Source: Dehalococcoidia bacterium
GTDB taxonomy: Bacteria; Chloroflexota; Dehalococcoidia; Lucifugimonadales; JADFKI01
Length of the DNA stretch: 64,000 bases
Direction of reading: 5' to 3'
Assembly: GCA_965207465.1 (NCBI GenBank)
Contig: OZ242283.1
Coordinates: 1,094,429 to 1,158,428, forward strand
Both the position numbers and the translations under genes were made by a program. Below, in pieces: positions 18,078 through 25,654 of the stretch; position 1 is the first letter of the stretch, and every line of letters begins with the position of its first letter. A model generated the notes under the pieces. The model had not been told where the DNA came from and ran no database searches. It saw nothing but the letters and a program-made list of their open reading frames with translations.

Positions 18078-19163
18078 TCAGTATGTGAGTGCGGGCATGC
18101 GCTCGGCGTCCATGTGAGTTAGCATCTGCTCATTTATGCGCCTCACAATACCGGGCCCTCGATAGACTAGGCCTGTGAGGATCTGCACGGTGGTTGCGCC
18201 CGCCCGAATCGCAGCTAACGCGCCCTCACCGCTGAAGATGCCGCCACATGCGTTGATTGCCAGCCTGCTGCCGACCTCCGCCTTGATGTCCACGACCATT
18301 TGCAGCATATCGGCAAAGACGGGCCTCCCGCTAAGTCCGCCCGCCCCTACCGCAAGGCGAGAATCTCGGACCGGCCATGTGTTCGAGACTGTCACGGCTT
18401 CGACGCCCTGCTCAACGCAAACTTCGACAAGGCTGAGAACCATTTCCTTTTGCTTACTCCCTAGCGAGGGTGTTTCGAGATAAGGCGGGAGCTTGATGAA
18501 CAACGGCTTGCTTCTCCGTTCATTGAGGCTGGAAAGTAGTTGCCGAAGAGTGTCGGGCTGCTGAAAGATTCGCAGTCCAAGCGTGTTTGGCGAGCTGATG
18601 TTGACCTCCACTGCGGACACGAAAGGCTCAAGGCGCTGGTGGCAGCGGACTATTTCGTCGGCTGCTACGCCGGACACGCTGGCTACGACCGGCATCCCGT
18701 TCAGAAGGGGCTGTGCCTGCTGGAGCTGCTGCGCGGCGTGTTCAACTCCTTTGCTCGGGAATCCGAGCGAGTTGACGAGGGCTTCATCCCTTTCGTAGCG
18801 GATGACGCGAGGAGACGGATTGCCGGCTCGGGGCATCTCGGTTACTGTGCCGCAGGTGAGGTAGCCAAAGCCCATCGAGGCGAGCGCAGGCAGAGATTCG
18901 CAGTCTTTATCGTAACCGGCAGCGAGTCCAACCGGATTCGAGAGCCTGATTCCTGCCAAATCGACTTCAAGGCGTGAATTGTCCACTCTCAGGAGTGGTG
19001 ACGCGACTCGCCAGACTTGGTGGTTCTTGAGGGCAAGGTGCGCCACTGACTGAGCCGTCTCAGGCGACATGCGAAAGAGAAGGGGCTTTATGAATGTGCG
19101 ATATGTGTCCGGATTGATTATCAGCAATGTTCTTCCTCTTTTGTATTCTTTAAGCTGCACCAA
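18078..19163 (-). CDS. pyrD: Dihydroorotate dehydrogenase (quinone), class 2
   Basis: 361 aa. Contains GLAAGYDKD, NSLGFPSKG and GGIFSGEGALAAIRAGATTVQILTGLVYRGPG. Confidence 0.9.
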   Translation of the reverse strand: MVQLKEYKRGRTLLIINPDTYRTFIKPLLFRMSPETAQSVAHLALKNHQVWRVASPLLRVDNSRLEVDLAGIRLSNPVGLAAGYDKDCESLPALASMGFGYLTCGTVTEMPRAGNPSPRVIRYERDEALVNSLGFPSKGVEHAAQQLQQAQPLLNGMPVVASVSGVAADEIVRCHQRLEPFVSAVEVNISSPNTLGLRIFQQPDTLRQLLSSLNERRSKPLFIKLPPYLETPSLGSKQKEMVLSLVEVCVEQGVEAVTVSNTWPVRDSRLAVGAGGLSGRPVFADMLQMVVDIKAEVGSRLAINACGGIFSGEGALAAIRAGATTVQILTGLVYRGPGIVRRINEQMLTHMDAERMPALTY

Positions 19164-19215
19164 TTATATCAATTTGTCAGTAGGGTAAAAATAGAATGGG
19201 AGAATCTCATATTAG

Positions 19216-19255
19216 TTCCTTCCCTTTTGATGCGGGACGGTTAGGATGGGGATGA
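19216..19255. repeat. Degenerate M1+M2 hairpin repeat
   Basis: TTCCTTCCCTTTTGATGCGGGACGGTTAGGATGGGGATG aligns with the perfect copies at 20221 and 43399. Confidence 0.6.
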
Positions 19256-19361
19256 AAGCACATCTTCATCGCAGAAAATGGGCACATTCGTCATTCCTGT
19301 CGATTAGTTAGCGTATAATTGGACAGTTACACTCAACAGAAAGCATAAGGCTGGCAAAGAT

Positions 19362-20135
19362 ATGGATATTACTTTCGAGAGAGGCAGCGAGAACTCGCCT
19401 AAGGGTCATGCATTCGTGTACTTCAGGAGTTCGATGGATGCGAGCGAAGTGTGGGCGAGCTACATAGTGATGCTGCCGATTACGGTGGACGTGGCGAAAT
19501 ACGCACCTCCGTTTCTTATGAGCCTGATACCGGACGGGAGCATGAAGGACATGTCTTCGTTTGCGTTTCCACCTGCTCCTGAGCAGATGCGGAGCATCGA
19601 GCAGATTCAGCAGTTAGCGGAGATGCGAGACGACGATGTGCTGTTTGCGGGAACGTTCAACACGTCAGACCTGCCGAGCATGATGCTTGCCGCCGGAGAC
19701 GCCGTAGAAAAGTACACGGAACTTTACAACGCCGCTACGGAGCAAGCAGGGCTGGCAGCGGGTGCGCCCGACGCGGACGCGCTCAACGAAGGAAGCGTTG
19801 GGATCAACGAGGTCATGTACGGGCTTATGAGCGACAGCGACAAGCTGGCGGAGCTTACAGCGCTCGTCGGCAAGCTGAGGTTCGCGGTGGACAGCAGCGA
19901 AGATGCGCTAATCAAGGAAGCGGAGGCGGACATCACATCACTATCTAGGCACATGGATTTCGACCACAAGATCGCACGGATCGTGGAGGGCATCAAGGAA
20001 GGCAGCGAGGATGCGCGAAGGCTGACGATGCTGTATGTGCAGCGGTGCTACTGCATCGTGCAGGAAGACTACCTGATGCTTGGAAATGTGGAGGAACAGA
20101 TCGCGGCGATTGAGGGGGAAAGCGGCGGTGCCTGA
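19362..20135 (+). CDS. Hypothetical protein (257 aa), acidic, no recognised domain
   Basis: Long ORF with coding-like composition, flanked by repeat clusters on both sides. I recognise no motif. Confidence 0.7.
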   Translation: MDITFERGSENSPKGHAFVYFRSSMDASEVWASYIVMLPITVDVAKYAPPFLMSLIPDGSMKDMSSFAFPPAPEQMRSIEQIQQLAEMRDDDVLFAGTFNTSDLPSMMLAAGDAVEKYTELYNAATEQAGLAAGAPDADALNEGSVGINEVMYGLMSDSDKLAELTALVGKLRFAVDSSEDALIKEAEADITSLSRHMDFDHKIARIVEGIKEGSEDARRLTMLYVQRCYCIVQEDYLMLGNVEEQIAAIEGESGGA

Positions 20136-20148
20136 TAGCATGCGGGTC

Positions 20149-20310
20149 AAAATCCCCTCCATCCCTATCCTGAGCCTGCCGAATAGCCTGCCCCTGTACA
20201 GACAGGCGTGAGTGCAAAATCCCTTCCCCCTTGATGGGGGAAGGCTAGGATGGGGGTGTGTCCGTTCGTTCTGGGCCTACCCTGAACTCGACTCAGGGTG
20301 AGGGTGAGGC
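20149..20310. repeat. Hairpin-repeat cluster (M1, M2, M4/M6-like modules)
   Basis: Perfect M1 CCTTCCCCCTTGATGGGGGAAGG at 20222-20244. It is followed by CTAGGATGGGGGTG, then CCGTTCGTTCTGGGCC...CCCTGA-N7-TCAGGGTGAGGGTGAGG. Confidence 0.8.
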
Positions 20311-20355
20311 AAATTATATCCAGCCCCAGTAATGCGCGTCACGCGTCTGAAGGAA

Positions 20356-21522
20356 CTATGCAAGCACCTGCATCGCGTAGCGGGAGCGGAGCAGGTCGCC
20401 TGTCTCGAAGCGATTGAGGTTGAGCATAGATATGTCAACGCATTCGGACTCTCCCTTTGTAATCAGCTCCGCCATCGCCTTGCCGATCATGGGAGATTCC
20501 TTAAAACCGTGTCCGCTGAAACCTACGGCGCAATAGAGACCGTCTATACCTTCAATGCGGTCAAGGATGGGATGCCAGTCAGGTGTAACCGTGAACGCGC
20601 CGGACCACCCGCCTCGGAATACGGCGCGCGACATTGCGGGGATGCGCTTCGCGATCGCCTCGAACGCGGGCTGAACGACATCCATGTCCACGCCCTGATT
20701 GAAGGTGTCGGCGTCCACGAATTCTTCCTCGCCCGCGCCAATCATCGTGAGTCCACCGATGTCGGGGCGCGCAGAGAATCCATTTAAGTTGTCGGCGACT
20801 ACGGGGTGGGCGCCGTCGGGTCCAGGCGGGCGGCGCAGGACTACTACCTGATGGCGTAGTGGACGAATCGGTACATCAACGCCGACGCCGCTCAACAGCC
20901 TATCGCTCCAGGGACCGGCGGCGACGACTGCGAGGTCTGTCTCAACACGCCCTTCGGCGGTAATAATGGCGGTAACTTTGCCGCCTGTTACTTCGATGCC
21001 GGTCACGTTCGTATCGTCCTGAACCCTCGCGCCCATCTCTCTCGCGCGATTGGCAAATCCCAGGGTCACGGAGTATGGGTCGGCGTAGCCGGACTCTGGC
21101 TCGTAGGCGAACGACTCATCGCCTTCCACGGCCAGCATCGGAGCAAGTTCGCGCATGTCCTCGATGGACACAATCTCGCTCGCTATTCCGAGTCGCTGGT
21201 GCATCGCGACGTTTTCGTACATCGCTTCCCGGTCCTCCCTGCCGACTATGAGGAAGTATCCCGTGCGGGTGTACCCTGAAGGGGTGCCCGTGAGTTCCTC
21301 GAAGTTCTTGAAGATTTCGAGGCTCTGCCAGGCAAGTCTGGATGTAACCTCGTTGGAGTAGTGCATGCGGAGGATCGCCTGAGACTTGCTGGTGGATCCG
21401 GAGGCGAGTACGTCGCGCTCCAGCAGCAGCGTGTTGGTTAAGCCTTGTTCGGCGAGGTTGTACAGTATGCTGCAACCCATGACCCCGCCGCCGATGATTA
21501 CCGCGTCCGCTGTGTTAGCCAT
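20356..21522 (-). CDS. FAD-dependent oxidoreductase (DAO family; sarcosine oxidase beta / glycine-D-amino-acid oxidase-like)
   Basis: 388 aa. Has an N-terminal GxGxxG (AVIIGGGVMGCS) and a DAO-like overall pattern. Confidence 0.8.
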   Translation of the reverse strand: MANTADAVIIGGGVMGCSILYNLAEQGLTNTLLLERDVLASGSTSKSQAILRMHYSNEVTSRLAWQSLEIFKNFEELTGTPSGYTRTGYFLIVGREDREAMYENVAMHQRLGIASEIVSIEDMRELAPMLAVEGDESFAYEPESGYADPYSVTLGFANRAREMGARVQDDTNVTGIEVTGGKVTAIITAEGRVETDLAVVAAGPWSDRLLSGVGVDVPIRPLRHQVVVLRRPPGPDGAHPVVADNLNGFSARPDIGGLTMIGAGEEEFVDADTFNQGVDMDVVQPAFEAIAKRIPAMSRAVFRGGWSGAFTVTPDWHPILDRIEGIDGLYCAVGFSGHGFKESPMIGKAMAELITKGESECVDISMLNLNRFETGDLLRSRYAMQVLA

Positions 21523-21540
21523 GTTGTTATAAACCTCGTG

Positions 21541-21603
21541 TCAGGATATGGACATGTTACCACTAAGAACATGGATGTACAGGATTGACAGGATAGAATA
21601 TAG
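21541..21603. repeat. Inverted M7 (ATCCTGT-type) repeat block upstream of the FAD oxidoreductase gene
   Basis: The reverse complement reads CTATATTCTATCCTGTCAATCCTGTACATCCATGTT..., matching blocks at 46335, 43446 and 47781. Confidence 0.65.
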
Positions 21604-21633
21604 TGGCAGAAAGAGAACACAAGGAGGCGAGAC

Positions 21634-22158
21634 ATGCCTAGAGCGACCCTGGACTTGCAGAATGCGGACGATTTGAAAGCAGTGAGTGGCGATTGGAAGT
21701 ATGCGGTCGGACTTGTGCCGGGCGAGTCTAATCAGGGGCTTGTCGCGTTGAGCGATGGCAGCCCGGCGCGCCTGCCGGACTACGACGATTCGGGATGGGA
21801 GGTTTGCGACGACCTTGCCGAGTGGCGGACACAGGGCATGTCGTTCATCTGGTATCGCATTGAAGTTACCATTCCTGAGAGTGTGGAAGGCCACGATGTG
21901 AGGGGAACGCGCTGCCTCATCGAGACTTGTATTGATGACTACGGCGAAGTCTGGATTGACGGTGAAATAGACTTGACGCTGGGTGCGGTCCAAGGGTTCA
22001 ACGTGCCTCAGCGCGTCGTGGTCAGCGCCGACCCACAGCCGGGCGACAAGCATACGATTGCGCTGCTTGCAATCAATGGACCCATTGCGAGACCGGGCGG
22101 GGCGGTGTTCATAAGGTACGCGACCCTGGCGTTCGAGTGGCGGGACCCGCGATACTAG
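21634..22158 (+). CDS. Galactose-binding-domain-like protein (GH2 sugar-binding-domain-like), function unknown
   Basis: 174 aa with SD AAGGAGG. Contains DDSGWEVCD...IWYRIEVTIPE...DDYGEVWIDGE, reminiscent of jelly-roll sugar-binding domains. Confidence 0.6.
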   Translation: MPRATLDLQNADDLKAVSGDWKYAVGLVPGESNQGLVALSDGSPARLPDYDDSGWEVCDDLAEWRTQGMSFIWYRIEVTIPESVEGHDVRGTRCLIETCIDDYGEVWIDGEIDLTLGAVQGFNVPQRVVVSADPQPGDKHTIALLAINGPIARPGGAVFIRYATLAFEWRDPRY

Positions 22159-22195
22159 CCGGAAACGGCAGGAAACATAGGATGGGAAGGATGAG

Positions 22196-23272
22196 ATGAT
22201 GGCAGGCTTCAATCTTGCCGGTAAGGTACAGACCGTGCTGGGACCGGTCGAGCCTGAGCAGCTGGGAGTAACGCTGACCCACGAGCACCTGCTGATCGAC
22301 ATGTCGCCATTGTTCGAAGAGCCGCAACAGGCCGGAGCGAAGGGATTCTACCATAAGACGGTATCGCTTGAGACGGCAGGGCGGATACGGCATTGGGCAC
22401 AGCCAAACCTGGATAATGTTCAGTTGACGGATATAGATGCTGCCATAGACGAAACGAACATATATAAGCAGTACGGGGGCAGGTCGCTGGTGGACGCGAC
22501 GAGCATCGGCATCAAGCGTGATGCGGCGGGACTTGCGCGCATTTCGAAGGCAACGGGTGTGAATGTGATAATGGGAGCGTCCTATTATGTTGATGCGGCA
22601 CATCCGGCAGGCATGGACGAAATGGGCGAGGACGACCTTGTACGACAAATCGTCGAGGATGTAACGAGAGGCGTTGACGGTACGCCGTACAAATCGGGAG
22701 TCATCGGAGAAGTAGGCTGTTCGTGGCCCCTGATGCCGAACGAACGGAAGGCGCTGAGAGCATCCGCGCGGGCGCAGCGAATTACCGGCGCTCCTATCCT
22801 GATTCATCCTGGCAGGGACGAGACGGCGCCATTGGAGATAATCGAGGTGCTGCGGGAGGCTGGAGCGGACCTTGAGCGCACCATCATTGGGCATCTGGAC
22901 CGCACTGTGTTCCTGCACGATACACTGCGACAGATAGCGGAGAACGGATGCTATCTGGAATGGGACCTGTTCGGTACCGAAGAGTCATACTACGGCGCGA
23001 ACCCGGCGATAGATATGCCGGGAGACGGCAAGCGAATGGACGATATAGCGTGGATTGCGATGCAGGGCTACGGGCACAAGATACTTGTGGCACACGACAT
23101 CTGCACGAAGAACCGACTTGAACGGTACGGAGGGCACGGGTACGCATATATTCCGGGGCGCATTGTGCCGCGAATGAGGTCGCGCGGATTCAGCGAGGAC
23201 ACCATCCGAAATATACTGGTGCATAATCCGGCTGCCGCACTAACATTCTCCGTGCCGGAGGAGGCGAGATAG
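22196..23272 (+). CDS. Phosphotriesterase-related protein (amidohydrolase superfamily, PTER/PHP-like)
   Basis: 358 aa. Contains GVTLTHEHLLID, the family-typical N-terminal metal motif, and later conserved His/Asp positions (IGHLDR, VAHDI). Confidence 0.8.
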   Translation: MMAGFNLAGKVQTVLGPVEPEQLGVTLTHEHLLIDMSPLFEEPQQAGAKGFYHKTVSLETAGRIRHWAQPNLDNVQLTDIDAAIDETNIYKQYGGRSLVDATSIGIKRDAAGLARISKATGVNVIMGASYYVDAAHPAGMDEMGEDDLVRQIVEDVTRGVDGTPYKSGVIGEVGCSWPLMPNERKALRASARAQRITGAPILIHPGRDETAPLEIIEVLREAGADLERTIIGHLDRTVFLHDTLRQIAENGCYLEWDLFGTEESYYGANPAIDMPGDGKRMDDIAWIAMQGYGHKILVAHDICTKNRLERYGGHGYAYIPGRIVPRMRSRGFSEDTIRNILVHNPAAALTFSVPEEAR

Positions 23273-23950
23273 ATGAGGGGAAGGATTGTACTTGTGGGCG
23301 GTGACGAGTTTCAGCCAAGCTGCCGCGCGATGGACAACGAACTGGTGGAGATGACCGGGATAGAACGTCCTAACGTGCTCATAATCCCGACTGCGGCAGC
23401 GGCGGAACGCCCCACCCTGGCGGCGGAGAACGGCATCCGGCAGTTTGACCTTATGGGCGCGAGAGCGTCTTCTCTGATGGCGCTGAACTCGGCGGACGCT
23501 GGCGACGAAGAGCTGACTTCGGCGGTGGACAGCACGGACATAATCTACTTGACCGGCGGCAATCCGGCGCATCTGCTGGAAGTGCTGCGAGGCTCGCTGC
23601 TGCTGCGAAGGATGCTCGATGCGGTGGAGCGCGGCGCCATACTGGCAGGTTCCAGCGCAGGTGCTATGGTCATGGGCGAGCGGATGCGCTTTCGGCAGTG
23701 GGTAAACGCATTGGAGGTAGTGCGAGGCGTCGCCGTGCTGCCGCACCACGAGCGCGCAAGCAAGAGCCAGACGTCAAGAGAAGTCGCGGTGCATACGGCG
23801 GAAGGGCTTGTCGTGCTGGGGATAGACGGCGCTACGGGATGCGTAAGCGACGGAGACGGGTGGCGCGTGCTAGGAGCGGGAAGCGTCACCGTATATGGTG
23901 TTGGAGACTGGAACGTGTATCGAGCGGGCGAGTATTTTGAGACCGCCTGA
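23273..23950 (+). CDS. Peptidase S51 family (peptidase E / cyanophycinase-like)
   Basis: 225 aa. The start abuts the previous stop. Contains IIYLTGGNPAHLL and the nucleophile context LAGSSAGAMVMG. Confidence 0.7.
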   Translation: MRGRIVLVGGDEFQPSCRAMDNELVEMTGIERPNVLIIPTAAAAERPTLAAENGIRQFDLMGARASSLMALNSADAGDEELTSAVDSTDIIYLTGGNPAHLLEVLRGSLLLRRMLDAVERGAILAGSSAGAMVMGERMRFRQWVNALEVVRGVAVLPHHERASKSQTSREVAVHTAEGLVVLGIDGATGCVSDGDGWRVLGAGSVTVYGVGDWNVYRAGEYFETA

Positions 23951-23987
23951 TTTCGAGCGATGTCAGTGAAGCGAAGAGGATATTGCT

Positions 23988-24758
23988 ATGCGACTGGAAG
24001 GCAAGGTTGCGCTGATAACGGGCGCGGGTGCAGGCATCGGCAGGGCTGCGGCAGTGAGGTTCGCGGCTGAAGGCGCGCGAATCGTGGCTTCGGACATAAA
24101 CGAGGCATCCGCGTTAGAGACGGCAGCGTTGGTTGGTGAGGCAGGGGGCGAGGCTACTTCTGTAGGGGGCGATGTCGTAAGCGGGGCGGACGCCGCGGCG
24201 ATGGTGCAAGCCGCGATGGATTCATTCGGCAGGCTGGATGTGCTGCTGAATAGCGCGGGCGTCAGCGGCAGAATCGATTTGGGAGAAGATGCGACGCACG
24301 AAGATCTCTGGGACAAGGTAATGGAAGTGAACATGAAAGGCACTTACCTCGTTTCGTGGCATGCCGTGCCTGAGATGGAGCATACTGGGGGCGGCTCCAT
24401 CATCAACATCGGGTCGATAATGTCGCTGGTAGGGTATCCGGTGGGAATGACCAACGGCTTCAGCCCGTACAACCCGTCCAAGGGCGCGGTGCTGCAATTC
24501 ACTCGCAACCTTGCGGTTGATCTTGCGCCAAAAGGCATCCGCGTCAACTGCATCTGCCCCGGCTATGTGGAGACGAACATGACGCGCATCCTGACCGACG
24601 TCCCGGAGTCCTATGAGTTCCTGAAGCAGAGACATCCGGTCGGACGGCTGGGGCAACCGGAGGACATAGCCAACGCCGCGCTGTTTCTCGCGTCTGATGA
24701 AGCTGCGTTCGTCACCGGAGCGCCGCTGATTGTGGACGGGGGATATACGGCGCAGTAG
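23988..24758 (+). CDS. SDR family oxidoreductase
   Basis: 256 aa. Contains TGAGAGIGRA, NSAG, the YxxxK region (YNPSKGAV), and a C-terminal PEDIANAALFLASDEAAFVTG. Confidence 0.9.
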   Translation: MRLEGKVALITGAGAGIGRAAAVRFAAEGARIVASDINEASALETAALVGEAGGEATSVGGDVVSGADAAAMVQAAMDSFGRLDVLLNSAGVSGRIDLGEDATHEDLWDKVMEVNMKGTYLVSWHAVPEMEHTGGGSIINIGSIMSLVGYPVGMTNGFSPYNPSKGAVLQFTRNLAVDLAPKGIRVNCICPGYVETNMTRILTDVPESYEFLKQRHPVGRLGQPEDIANAALFLASDEAAFVTGAPLIVDGGYTAQ

Positions 24759-24841
24759 AGTATGTCAGCAAGTCATTTTCTTAGTCTGTTAGTACCGAGC
24801 GGCGAGGCATGACCTTGTTTCAATGTGTCAACCGACCCCCG

Positions 24842-25600
24842 TCACTGAATGCTCTGAAACGAATACACGCGACTCTTCCATGCCTCGAAGGCAATGTTAT
24901 TCAGTGTCTTCTGGTCTGGGCGGTCTATGGCGAGTCTGCGCGTCAGTGTCTTGTGGCTGAGACCCTGCATTATGCGGCAGCGGTCGGTGAACCCGGAAAG
25001 GGTCGAATTTTCGCCGCCCAGCAGGATGTAGTCCATATTCTCTTCGTAGGGCGCGAAAATAGTCTTCGTGGTCTCGCAGGTCTTGTCGTATAGCTCGCGG
25101 ACTAGGCGCTCGCGGCTACGCTCGAAGCGCCGCTGGGACTGCCCGCCAGCGCGGTGCCTGTTCTTCATATGGCGTCCGGCCGTCTTGGTTGCGACTAGGC
25201 TGTTTCCGCGAAGGACACCTACGGCGTATCGTCCGAGTCGCAGCAATACAACGCCTACGAGATAGTCCTGTTCCAGCAATCGTAAGAGCGGCGGCGATAC
25301 GAAGCCGGAGCGCGTGATGTCGTCCACTAGCGGGAATGGTGGGCAAACTGCGAGCGCCCTGCCCTCTCCTATGAACAACGCCAACCCTGTGTCGGAGTCG
25401 CCTACCGATTGAAGGACGACTTCCAGTACATCGTCGTCGGGCCGCACAGGACTGACGACGCGGCTTTGCGTATCGCGTGCGCAAAGCGACGACGGCTTGA
25501 GATAGAGCGTCCTTTCGCACCAGCCCTCGCCTCCCACTTCATCAAGCAGACGAATCAGGCGCGCCTTGCCGGTGGAGTGACGCTCTACAAGCTCAAGCAC
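24842..25600 (-). CDS. acVLRF1-type (Vms1/ANKZF1-like, eRF1 superfamily) peptidyl-tRNA hydrolase homologue
   Basis: 252 aa with a GTG start. Contains LGRYAVGVL...KNRHRAGGQSQRRFERSRE (GGQ codons at 25139-25147) followed by YILLGGE, matching the VLRF1 catalytic-loop pattern as I recall it. Confidence 0.65.
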   Translation of the reverse strand: MLELVERHSTGKARLIRLLDEVGGEGWCERTLYLKPSSLCARDTQSRVVSPVRPDDDVLEVVLQSVGDSDTGLALFIGEGRALAVCPPFPLVDDITRSGFVSPPLLRLLEQDYLVGVVLLRLGRYAVGVLRGNSLVATKTAGRHMKNRHRAGGQSQRRFERSRERLVRELYDKTCETTKTIFAPYEENMDYILLGGENSTLSGFTDRCRIMQGLSHKTLTRRLAIDRPDQKTLNNIAFEAWKSRVYSFQSIQ

Positions 25601-25654
25601 GGGATTATCGTGGGCCTTTCCTGGGCCTTTCCTGGGCCTTTCCTGGGATTATCG
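25601..25654. repeat. 3 x 11-bp tandem repeat flanked by a 10-bp direct repeat
   Basis: TGGGCCTTTCC occurs at 25611-25621, 25622-25632 and 25633-25643. GGGATTATCG occurs at 25601-25610 and 25645-25654. On the coding (minus) strand each unit reads GGAAAGGCCCA, which is SD-like. Confidence 0.9.

Noticed and set aside
25601-25654. Possible miniature CRISPR array; the same question was considered for the hairpin-repeat clusters and the 11047-11293 repeat
   Set aside because: The repeats are directly tandem or lie within coding sequence. No unique spacers of 25-40 nt are present. Unit lengths (11 or 33 bp) and the lack of cas genes do not fit a CRISPR array.
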